In this document: positions 39,787-47,534 of the stretch, piece by piece
Position numbering within the stretch: the first letter of the stretch is position 1
How the letters are laid out: every line of letters starts with the position of its first letter
Source: a virus
DNA length: 64,000 nt
Strand: one strand, 5' to 3'
Virus record (IMG/VR): IMGVR_UViG_3300020185_000014
Location: 52,070-116,069 of that record
Made by a program: the position numbers and the translations under genes
Notes under the pieces: model-generated
The model's database searches: none
What the model was told of the DNA's origin: nothing
The model's input: the letters and a program-made list of their open reading frames with translations, nothing else

Positions 39787-40568
39787 AATATTTCTTTCAG
39801 CAGTTTCTGTATATTTTCGCCTTTTTCTGGTAACAGGTCTCTCAAAAAGAAATGAAGAAAATGCGATTCTTTGTGCTTATCTCCCTCTAGAGCAGTATAT
39901 AATGCATTCCAACGCCAATCTAATTTTTGTACTTCGATGCTTTCTTTCTTGAAAAAATAATTCAATGTGATTTGATCTGACTGCCATTTGAATGGACCCT
40001 TTCCGTCAACCAAATCTTTCAGATAATAGGAGTCTAATATCTGTTTAGGCGATTTGTGTTTAATCACATCCATCATTGCTTTAGAATCGTATAGCATTAC
40101 CCCAGAATTAAAAAACATGCCACCGTTTTCGCCCCACTCCCATTCTACATCGGATAGAGGTTTTAACATCATATTCGCATATTGAGTAATCTTATCTCTG
40201 TATTTCTTATTGATCGGTAAGTCGCCTTCATACACTGAAGCAACAGTTCCATGTAGTTGTTCGAATATCGAGGGAGTGTTTTCTTTGATGTAGATATCTG
40301 CGTCTATAACACAGCATTGATCATAATGGGGAAAATGATTAAATATATTTTCCTTTTCAAAAATCGGCATGTATCCTAATTTTTTCCATCCTCCTGTTTT
40401 TCCAGTTCTATCTGTATTGAAAGGGTCAGGAGTAATTCTAAGGATTGGCCTAGATTGACAAATGTAATCTGCCCCAATATCGTTCGCATACTGGCGAACA
40501 CTTTCTGTGCAAAAATCATACAAATTTGACCGTTTGCCAATATAGACTTGATAAATTAATCTTTTCAT
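39783..40568 (-). CDS. GT-A glycosyltransferase (GT8-like), paralogue B
   Basis: IDADI, FNSGV, SDQ..LN, WNAL, FLHFF. Confidence 0.8.
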   Translation of the reverse strand: MKRLIYQVYIGKRSNLYDFCTESVRQYANDIGADYICQSRPILRITPDPFNTDRTGKTGGWKKLGYMPIFEKENIFNHFPHYDQCCVIDADIYIKENTPSIFEQLHGTVASVYEGDLPINKKYRDKITQYANMMLKPLSDVEWEWGENGGMFFNSGVMLYDSKAMMDVIKHKSPKQILDSYYLKDLVDGKGPFKWQSDQITLNYFFKKESIEVQKLDWRWNALYTALEGDKHKESHFLHFFLRDLLPEKGENIQKLLKEIL

Positions 40569-41353
40569 ATTATCTCTAAAATTTCTTTTATGTTTTCTCC
40601 CCTCGATGGAAGATTGTCGCGTTTAAAAAAATGAACAAAGTGTGCTTCTTTTTCTTTTCCGTTTTGCAATGCAGTAAATAACGCGTTGAATTTCCAATCA
40701 ATGTGTTTAACATCGATCTCTTCCTTTTTAACCCACCAATTCAACAGAGTTTGATCGGTGCTCCACTTCCACGTACCATCACCGTCAACAAACCTTTTAA
40801 ACTCTATTCTGTTTAAAAATTCTCGGGCAGTTTGTCCGCGTAGATATTTGCTAAGGTCGCTCGAGAAAACCATTAACCCCATATTAAAAAACTCAGCTCC
40901 AGGAGACCCATGGTGATGCCATTTCCAATCAACGTCCTTTAACGTACTATATTGCGATTTGCTGTAGTTTTCAATTTTACTTAGGTGTGTTCCATTAATG
41001 GGCATTTCGCGTTCGCAAACTGCGCCGAAAACATGATTACCTAATTCATCGAAGATGTTAGGAGAATTTTCTTTAATGTAAATATCGGCATCGATAATCG
41101 CTATCTGGTCATAATCGTCAAGATAGTCAAAGGCGTTTTCTTTCTCGAAGATGGGCAGATACCCGCCGTGTTGTTCCCATGCTCTAGGATTTCTGTTTGT
41201 TGCAAAAACATCAGGTTTGATTCTGAGAATAGGTTTTGTTTGAACGATATGGTCAAACCCATATTTCTCGCAATATTTTTCAGCAGACTCTATACATGCT
41301 TCATACAGTTTCGAAGGTTTTCCTACGCAGACTTGATATATCATTCTCTTCAT
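40565..41353 (-). CDS. GT-A glycosyltransferase (GT8-like), paralogue A
   Basis: IDADI, FNMGL, TDQTLLN, FVHFF; clearly similar to the neighbouring gene. Confidence 0.8.
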   Translation of the reverse strand: MKRMIYQVCVGKPSKLYEACIESAEKYCEKYGFDHIVQTKPILRIKPDVFATNRNPRAWEQHGGYLPIFEKENAFDYLDDYDQIAIIDADIYIKENSPNIFDELGNHVFGAVCEREMPINGTHLSKIENYSKSQYSTLKDVDWKWHHHGSPGAEFFNMGLMVFSSDLSKYLRGQTAREFLNRIEFKRFVDGDGTWKWSTDQTLLNWWVKKEEIDVKHIDWKFNALFTALQNGKEKEAHFVHFFKRDNLPSRGENIKEILEII

Positions 41354-41477
41354 TTCTAAGATACTCTTTCCAGTTTTGTATTTTTTTCGGTTTACTACTT
41401 AATTTCTTCGAAGAAAATTCGTTTTCATTCTTGCGTTGCTTTTTGTTTCGAGGATCGAAACGTGCATACTTTGCCAT
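41301..41477 (-). CDS. Small basic hypothetical protein (MAKYARFDPRNKK...)
   Basis: 58-aa ORF abutting the upstream ORF. Confidence 0.5.
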   Translation of the reverse strand: MAKYARFDPRNKKQRKNENEFSSKKLSSKPKKIQNWKEYLRNEENDISSLRRKTFETV

Positions 41478-41615
41478 CTACCTGCCTTGACCTCTATATT
41501 TTTTATAAGAACGTTTCTTATGTTTGTTAAGACCGCTTATATTAAAACGACCACGACCAATTGAAGTTCCTTTCGGCATTTTTTCAACTTTAGCACTTCC
41601 GCCATGTAGCGCCAT
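41478..41615 (-). CDS. Small basic peptide (...KKRSYKKYRGQGR)
   Basis: 45-aa ORF coupled to the lysozyme stop; motif recurs in marine phages. Confidence 0.6.
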   Translation of the reverse strand: MALHGGSAKVEKMPKGTSIGRGRFNISGLNKHKKRSYKKYRGQGR

Positions 41616-42061
41616 TACACATTCTCCAATCTAGTCATTAATCTTTCCGCGCGGTTGGTTACTTGTCTATGCCACCTAGAATCGCGCCCTTCTACTGCGG
41701 CAGTTTTCCAATCACTTTCTAACAATGCCGCATTCATTTTCTTGAACTTACTTAAACGAGGTCGACCCATGTTAAACATCATGTTAACAACTATTTGTTG
41801 AACTTCCTCTGGAAAATTGTCGAAGTTTCCGCCAGGAAACAATTGATGGCATTCTGCGATTGCTGTATCCAAATCTTGATCAAAGGCATCCCAAACCCTT
41901 TCTTCTGATACTGGAGTTGCCACCGCAACTCCACTTTCTGCATCATCCGAACAGATTAAATGTCCAACGCCGAATGTCGGTAAACCAAGATGATCCAAGT
42001 ATACCTCATACTTGACCCCTTCATCGATTTTCAATTGCTCGAAAACTTCTTTTCTGTTCAT
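41615..42061 (-). CDS. Endolysin, T4-lysozyme-like (GH24)
   Basis: DEG...YLD..G.PT.G.GH (E/D/T triad), NMMFNMG, DSRW..Q..NRA. Confidence 0.9.
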   Translation of the reverse strand: MNRKEVFEQLKIDEGVKYEVYLDHLGLPTFGVGHLICSDDAESGVAVATPVSEERVWDAFDQDLDTAIAECHQLFPGGNFDNFPEEVQQIVVNMMFNMGRPRLSKFKKMNAALLESDWKTAAVEGRDSRWHRQVTNRAERLMTRLENV

Positions 42062-42073
42062 AACATAATCTCT

Positions 42074-42313
42074 TTAAATATTAACTGAATTTTGTACTCT
42101 GGAACCACTAGACCGTTTAATTCGTTCTAAGTGATTTTTCCAATCGCCTGAAGTTTTATTCACGATATTTCCTGTATGAGTCACGAGACTCGCAGGACTA
42201 GTGTGAATTTGTTTCCAAACTCCTTCTGCTTGCAATTCTTCTTTTTCTGAAATTTTGAGAAACATATCTTTCGTTTCTCCAGTTTCCACGTTCTTCATTG
42301 TATATGTAGGCAT
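42074..42313 (-). CDS. Conserved T4-like hypothetical protein
   Basis: MPTY...TGE...W...L..IK pattern. Confidence 0.65.
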   Translation of the reverse strand: MPTYTMKNVETGETKDMFLKISEKEELQAEGVWKQIHTSPASLVTHTGNIVNKTSGDWKNHLERIKRSSGSRVQNSVNI

Positions 42314-42346
42314 TAGCTAACTTTCTCTCCACGAGTTCATTTTATA

Positions 42347-42379
42347 AAAGGTCAGGGTTGCTATTAAACAACCCGACCA
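42347..42379 (-). terminator. Rho-independent terminator
   Basis: GGTC-GGGTTG...CAACCC-T-GACC followed by TTTT on the minus strand. Confidence 0.6.
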
Positions 42380-42391
42380 GTAGATATGGGA

Positions 42392-42562
42392 TCACCCCCT
42401 TGTGCGATTCTCAACCTGTTCGATAGCGCCAATTAGAAAATTTCTTTTCTTCGCCATCTTATAAGATGCGTCAATTTTTCCTCTCTTATTTAAATTACGA
42501 ATACAATTTCCAAGTTCACGAGAGTCTTTCTTTAATCGTTCTATTTGATTAGCACTAACCAT
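42392..42562 (-). CDS. Small hypothetical protein (MVSANQIERLKKD...)
   Basis: 56-aa ORF with aggag RBS. Confidence 0.6.
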   Translation of the reverse strand: MVSANQIERLKKDSRELGNCIRNLNKRGKIDASYKMAKKRNFLIGAIEQVENRTRG

Positions 42563-42602
42563 AGGCGCTCCTGTATGTTGTTAATTTATTTGTTGAGAAT
42601 AA

Positions 42603-43037
42603 TCAATCTTGGATTAAATCGGGGAATGCCTCCTTAATTATTTCTACTGATAATCCTTTCACCGTTTCGGGTTTATTTATCATTGATGCTAGTAACGTAG
42701 CATCTCCTGGATCCACAGATTCTAGAATGTTTAAGAACATCTTTTCTCTGCGCACTTTATCGAGTCTCTCGGATTCTTGTAACCCAGAAACAAAATATTT
42801 AAATTTTAGGTGTTGTTTGAGTAGTGATGATGGTGGCGGACCTTCTTCATACGGAGTGTACGGAGGCTCGCCCGCAGGAAGGTTCCATTGGATCTTTGGA
42901 TCAAAGAAACCTCTACACACATCAAACAACGGCATTGATGCATGCTTCCTGAGTATCTTAATCTTATCTTCTTTAGATGCAGAAGAATCAACTAGATTAA
43001 AGATTTCGTGTATTTGCAGTCTGTTGGTACTGATCAT
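42603..43037 (-). CDS. Conserved T4-like hypothetical protein
   Basis: W.LP.GEPPY, RREKMF..ILES, EAFPDL. Confidence 0.7.
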   Translation of the reverse strand: MISTNRLQIHEIFNLVDSSASKEDKIKILRKHASMPLFDVCRGFFDPKIQWNLPAGEPPYTPYEEGPPPSSLLKQHLKFKYFVSGLQESERLDKVRREKMFLNILESVDPGDATLLASMINKPETVKGLSVEIIKEAFPDLIQD

Positions 43038-43135
43038 AAGTTTATCCTACATTATGTATATATAATTGGAGAAGTTACTAGTATTAACATCCCTCCAATT
43101 TAAGTGTATTCTACACTCCTCTGATGAGATAAGCT

Positions 43136-43573
43136 TTATTTTACTAAAGTTTTCTCGGTTTGTAAAGGTAAATGCTTTGAGTTGATTCTGCACATAATCA
43201 TTTGATTATAATAGTCTTCTCTTAGTAAGACGTCATGATCGAATTGTAGTTTCGCTTCGTAGTACGAGCATTCACCTTTGGTTTTACATAACTTTAGGAT
43301 AATGCGAATATAGTCTTCTTCAGACGCTTCTGAGACCCTCTCAGCGAGTTTCTTGTTAGACCCGAAGTATTTACGCCAATCAGATTCTACTAAAACCTTT
43401 TTCTTTCTTTTACGAGTTTTGGTAATGCCCAGGGTCTTCGTTCGCCAAAAGAGTTTCTTACCGATATATTTCATACCGGTCGTCTTCTCTTCTATTTCAT
43501 AAACAAACCCGACCCAACCAGACAAGTCCTCTTCAGAAGGGTCGAATATCTCCCCTTCATATTGCCATCTCAT
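43136..43573 (-). CDS. GIY-YIG-fold protein
   Basis: GFVY...YIGKK, ESDW..Y.GS, YYE...QF, YYN. Confidence 0.7.
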   Translation of the reverse strand: MRWQYEGEIFDPSEEDLSGWVGFVYEIEEKTTGMKYIGKKLFWRTKTLGITKTRKRKKKVLVESDWRKYFGSNKKLAERVSEASEEDYIRIILKLCKTKGECSYYEAKLQFDHDVLLREDYYNQMIMCRINSKHLPLQTEKTLVK

Positions 43574-43701
43574 TCTTCTTCAAACACAACTGCAGTGCCG
43601 CACATCGGACAGAATCCTGGTTTCTCGTCTTCGTTTAAAACTGTCACGGTTAATTCCGCGTCACAGATGCTGCATTCTAATTCAAACATATATCTATCCA
43701 T
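43570..43701 (-). CDS. Small zinc-ribbon protein
   Basis: MDRYMFELECSIC...FCPMCG; start moved to 43701. Confidence 0.6.
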   Translation of the reverse strand: MDRYMFELECSICDAELTVTVLNEDEKPGFCPMCGTAVVFEEE

Positions 43702-43703
43702 TG

Positions 43704-45629
43704 TTATTGTATCTCGCAAAACCCTGCGGCGCAAGCGAGCTCTTGACTTCCAATTGTCATATCTGATTTTTCGTATTCTGATAATAAGGACCAATCAACT
43801 TCCTTCGGCATCTGTGCCAGAAGCGCTTTATAACCTGCTTCGTCGGTATCTTGATAAGGTGCTTGTGTATAATTGTGATCAGAGAAGGGCAAGAAAGAAA
43901 CACCAGACATAAAATCGAAGTTCTTATAAACCCATGCTCCCACTTCAATCCACTCATGTTCTTTAACAGATACAGTGATAGAAGGTTTATGTTCGCACCA
44001 ATGCTTTTGATAAACCAACCACATTTCTAATTGTTCAATTGCAGTCATGTCAGTACGAAACACTGCGCCTTTGTCTACCTTCATCGGGAAAGAAAATACA
44101 GTAGTATGACTCGGATTCATTTGATCGTCTTCCCAAGGAAACCCCGCGTCGATCATCATTTCAGTTAGCGGATCTTTTTTGTCGCCGCGCACTGTGCGAA
44201 TATAATATGGATTATGACGGGCATGAATACCCGAAGCAGCATCGACCAGTTGAGAAACTGTTCCCGAAGGTTTAACGCATGTGATTGCTACGCTTTGGTT
44301 GATACCTAAAGACTTTGCCATTTCGGCATTCGTATCGACGGCAATTTGTCTAAGTTTTTCTAACTCCGCACCGAGAGTTTTCCCGCCGCGTTTGCCGTTC
44401 GTTAAAGGGTTGTCCATAATACCTGTCATAGAAACACCAAGCAAGCGTTCCTCTTCGCAGTTATTCCTCCAAGATTTTGACAGGTATTTAAAATTAACTA
44501 GAGTGCTTTGGAATGTGCCTAGGATAGTTGCTAATCGAACTTTCTCGCCGAGAGTTTCCCAACTATCGCTCGGGCGAACTACAACTTCAGACAAGTTGCA
44601 GAATTCGCGAGAACGAAGGATGATTTCTGAACATGGGTTTGTGCCGAATTCATAATCGCCTACGATTCTCCTGCCGTGTGATTCGGATATCTTATTAGCG
44701 GACTGCCTGTTAAAAATACCACGCTCGCCGGATTTCGAATCATATAATGCTTTCCATTCGTCCATGAAAATGCCGATATCGGGTTTTTCAGTATAGCAAG
44801 CAGAGTTATTAGCGAGCGCGCGTTGACCATCGTTCTGCCACCATTGACCCGCTTTGGCGTGTCGCATCCTATCATCGGATAGATTTGATAAAGAAATTAA
44901 AGCGGACCTTCTGACGCCGCCGACTACAACAATCTCTGCAATTTTACAAATAATATCGTGCGCTTCGATCGTCGTGAGACGCCTTCCTGCAGCGCCTCGG
45001 AACGTTGCAACGCAGAACTGGAAGAGTTGATTCAATGGTTCGGGACCTGAGGCACGACCCCCAAAAGTCTTCAGAGGAGCTCCAGATGGTCGCACGCGAG
45101 ATAGATCCCACTTAGGAATTTGTCCCGCGTATAGAAGACCGACCACTTCTTTTAATGCTTTCGCCCATCCAAGTTTACTGTCGGCGACCACGATAGTTGT
45201 TTCGGTTTCATGAAACTCGTCCGAGATAATCGGCAACTGGGAGATATATTGACGCTCTACAGAAAACCCCACGCCTGTCCCGTTCATCAATACATATAGA
45301 ATCTCGTCGAATGCTTGCGGTTTGTCGACTGCAACGTATGAGCAGTTGTACCCTGCAATATTTTCTCTTTCTAATGCCGGACCAGCAGTCATCAAACACC
45401 GCATGGATGGCATAACTCTCAAACTCAAGACTGCTTCTTCGAGTTCTGTCCGGAGTGGACTGGGTAATGAGTAGTCGCAGGTTTCTTTTAAATGGTTCTC
45501 AAAAAAACTAAAATATCTGCTGATGGTTTCTTCCCACGTTTCTCGTCGCCCTAATTCTGGAACCCAACGAGAATATCTAGAAAGATGGATGAACTGCTGA
45601 TATTTGCTTGGCAGCGTGTTAGATGACAT
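43704..45629 (-). CDS. nrdJ: Class II (adenosylcobalamin-dependent) ribonucleotide reductase
   Basis: YNC, GGRASGP, VGGVRRSA, TNPCSEI, CNLSE, TCVKPSGT, C-terminal CAAGFC; no beta subunit adjacent. Confidence 0.92.
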   Translation of the reverse strand: MSSNTLPSKYQQFIHLSRYSRWVPELGRRETWEETISRYFSFFENHLKETCDYSLPSPLRTELEEAVLSLRVMPSMRCLMTAGPALERENIAGYNCSYVAVDKPQAFDEILYVLMNGTGVGFSVERQYISQLPIISDEFHETETTIVVADSKLGWAKALKEVVGLLYAGQIPKWDLSRVRPSGAPLKTFGGRASGPEPLNQLFQFCVATFRGAAGRRLTTIEAHDIICKIAEIVVVGGVRRSALISLSNLSDDRMRHAKAGQWWQNDGQRALANNSACYTEKPDIGIFMDEWKALYDSKSGERGIFNRQSANKISESHGRRIVGDYEFGTNPCSEIILRSREFCNLSEVVVRPSDSWETLGEKVRLATILGTFQSTLVNFKYLSKSWRNNCEEERLLGVSMTGIMDNPLTNGKRGGKTLGAELEKLRQIAVDTNAEMAKSLGINQSVAITCVKPSGTVSQLVDAASGIHARHNPYYIRTVRGDKKDPLTEMMIDAGFPWEDDQMNPSHTTVFSFPMKVDKGAVFRTDMTAIEQLEMWLVYQKHWCEHKPSITVSVKEHEWIEVGAWVYKNFDFMSGVSFLPFSDHNYTQAPYQDTDEAGYKALLAQMPKEVDWSLLSEYEKSDMTIGSQELACAAGFCEIQ

Positions 45630-45684
45630 AATAACTCCAATAATTTATTTTTCATTTTTCAATCAGTATATTATATATGAACTT

Positions 45685-46155
45685 TTAATCAGAAAACAAT
45701 TTACGCCAAAATGGTTTCTTTTTAGGCGGGTTGCCAATTTCTTCCGCTTGTTTTGTAATAACACCGATGTTTTCGTTCGCCGCATCAATCAATCCGCGAC
45801 TCTTTATGTAGTACCCATTAAATGCAAAAATAATGGTTTGTTGCTGTTGTATGTATGCGCGAATGTCTGACAGGTTTAGAGACAGGTCTTGATAACCATC
45901 TCCGGTAAGGGCGAACAACGCAATGGGTTTGCCTTGTTTCTTTAATTTTTCTATTTGTTCTTCGAAATTACCTTCGTTGATAATTATCCACGAAACTGGT
46001 CGTAAGTTTAAGTTATCAGAATCTGGTAAGATAAGTTCTGGTTTGTCGACCGGTTTCGCTGATATTTCTATCGGCGTTACTGACGAGCAACCGTTAATTA
46101 ATAAAGTTGATAGAATCAAACACCCAAGGGCATTCGCTGTTAAATTCTTTCCCAT
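45685..46155 (-). CDS. Outer-membrane spanin (Rz1-like lipoprotein)
   Basis: Lipobox LINGC, Pro-rich linker; overlaps the i-spanin gene. Confidence 0.7.
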   Translation of the reverse strand: MGKNLTANALGCLILSTLLINGCSSVTPIEISAKPVDKPELILPDSDNLNLRPVSWIIINEGNFEEQIEKLKKQGKPIALFALTGDGYQDLSLNLSDIRAYIQQQQTIIFAFNGYYIKSRGLIDAANENIGVITKQAEEIGNPPKKKPFWRKLFSD

Positions 46156-46558
46156 TAGTTGCCTTCTTTTCTGATTCGGTCAATTTCGCACCAGTTAAAA
46201 TTTCAAAGCAGCGTAATGCTTTATCACTTGCTTTGTTGATTATCTTTTCCACGAGTTTAGGTTTTTCTTTTGCGAGATAAGCAAGGTCGTGTTTTTGCAA
46301 CTTATCCGATAAGACATTATTTTGATCGCGGATTGTTTGAAAGTCGTCGTTGACTTTACTGAGAGTTTCTGAAACTTCCCTATAACTTTGTTGTAGGGAA
46401 GCGATAGTTTCTTGAGAGATAACAACCGCTTGTTCTAGTTTGGCGTTGTTTGCTGTCAGGCTGGCGATTGTTTTTTGAGTCTGCTTGTAGTGTAGATACG
46501 AAATTCCAGAAACGGTCGAAGCAACAACAAACATCAATATTGCTATTTTTGCGCCCAT
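46094..46558 (-). CDS. Inner-membrane spanin (Rz-like)
   Basis: N-terminal TM segment, long coiled coil, C-terminal Cys; start MGAKIAIL. Confidence 0.7.
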   Translation of the reverse strand: MGAKIAILMFVVASTVSGISYLHYKQTQKTIASLTANNAKLEQAVVISQETIASLQQSYREVSETLSKVNDDFQTIRDQNNVLSDKLQKHDLAYLAKEKPKLVEKIINKASDKALRCFEILTGAKLTESEKKATNGKEFNSECPWVFDSINFIN

Positions 46559-46559
46559 G

Positions 46560-46721
46560 TTATTTGACCTGTCTTTTTTTCTTCCCGTTAATTTCAATGA
46601 AGTTTCGAGTCAGAATTTTATATTTCTTTTTCTTCTTCGGTTCCATATTCTTAGTGTCCTGAGGAATACCAGCGTCGCCGGTCGTCATCATTTCTTCACC
46701 AAATTGTTTAAATGTTTTCAT
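46560..46721 (-). CDS. Small basic protein with capsid-targeting-like N-terminus (MKTFKQFGEE)
   Basis: 53-aa ORF filling the gap. Confidence 0.6.
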   Translation of the reverse strand: MKTFKQFGEEMMTTGDAGIPQDTKNMEPKKKKKYKILTRNFIEINGKKKRQVK

Positions 46722-46724
46722 TTT

Positions 46725-46937
46725 CTATACCTTATGTACTAGCACATATCCTTCGAAAAACGAATCAACCCTATCGCACTTTATTCTTGCTGCAGTAGAC
46801 ATAACCAATTGAGACATTCGACTGCTTTTTCCGGTTACGATTCTCAACGGAACATCGTTCTGGTTGAGGAGTATAAAGTTTTCAACTAATCGTTCAACTT
46901 CTTCATGAACGACTCCGTGTAAATCAAGTTCTTTCAT
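46725..46937 (-). CDS. Stand-alone Smr domain protein
   Basis: ELDLHG...IVTGKS. Confidence 0.75.
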   Translation of the reverse strand: MKELDLHGVVHEEVERLVENFILLNQNDVPLRIVTGKSSRMSQLVMSTAARIKCDRVDSFFEGYVLVHKV

Positions 46938-47521
46938 CTATAAATTTCGCCGAGAGCAATATGTATCTTCTTTCCGCTGTTTAAATGAAATGCCTCGTAT
47001 ATATCTATACCTGATAAGTTTGCAACAGGAAATGATTCGTTCTTGACTCTGATCCTATCTTTTGGTTTTACGATATCGTCGAGGGTTTCTGACAAAACTT
47101 TTTCATTTTTAATTCGGTAAATCCCAGGCGATAATTGTTTATCTTCGAGGAGAAACCACTCAGATGCTTCTTGCAGCAAGTCGAGCACGTCGAACCCAGA
47201 CTCATAGATGATCTTGTTGATATTCTTCTCTGAAATACTGTACGTTTCTTTAAGGAGATACAACGCAGAAACGTAGGATGCAATCTTTGAAGAACCTCCA
47301 GGCGCTTTCGCGATAAGTTTTTTAATGTTGAACACTAATTTATGAAACGCGGTGTAGGATGATTTTTCAGAAGAAGATTCTATCTTTTTGCTCTTAATTC
47401 GTTTTCCTGCGTCGTCGATAATACCTAATTTGAATGCGTCGGTATCTTCAAAATTTGTAACAAGAAGTTTTAGAAACCTGAAGGTATATACTAAATCTCC
47501 TGCTCTCGTAAGTAATGACAT
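46934..47521 (-). CDS. Conserved T4-like hypothetical protein
   Basis: FLKLL..F..TDAFKLGIID..G, YT.FH.LV.NIK. Confidence 0.7.
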   Translation of the reverse strand: MSLLTRAGDLVYTFRFLKLLVTNFEDTDAFKLGIIDDAGKRIKSKKIESSSEKSSYTAFHKLVFNIKKLIAKAPGGSSKIASYVSALYLLKETYSISEKNINKIIYESGFDVLDLLQEASEWFLLEDKQLSPGIYRIKNEKVLSETLDDIVKPKDRIRVKNESFPVANLSGIDIYEAFHLNSGKKIHIALGEIYR

Positions 47522-47534
47522 TATTAAACTCGCT

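Noticed and set aside
42338-42350. Late promoter after the 42.36-kb hairpin
   Set aside because: It reads TATAAAAT rather than TATAAATA and is better explained as the terminator U-tract.
43136-43573. Mobile homing endonuclease or intron next to nrdJ
   Set aside because: nrdJ is uninterrupted, and the short GIY-YIG-like protein has no evident DNA-binding extension.
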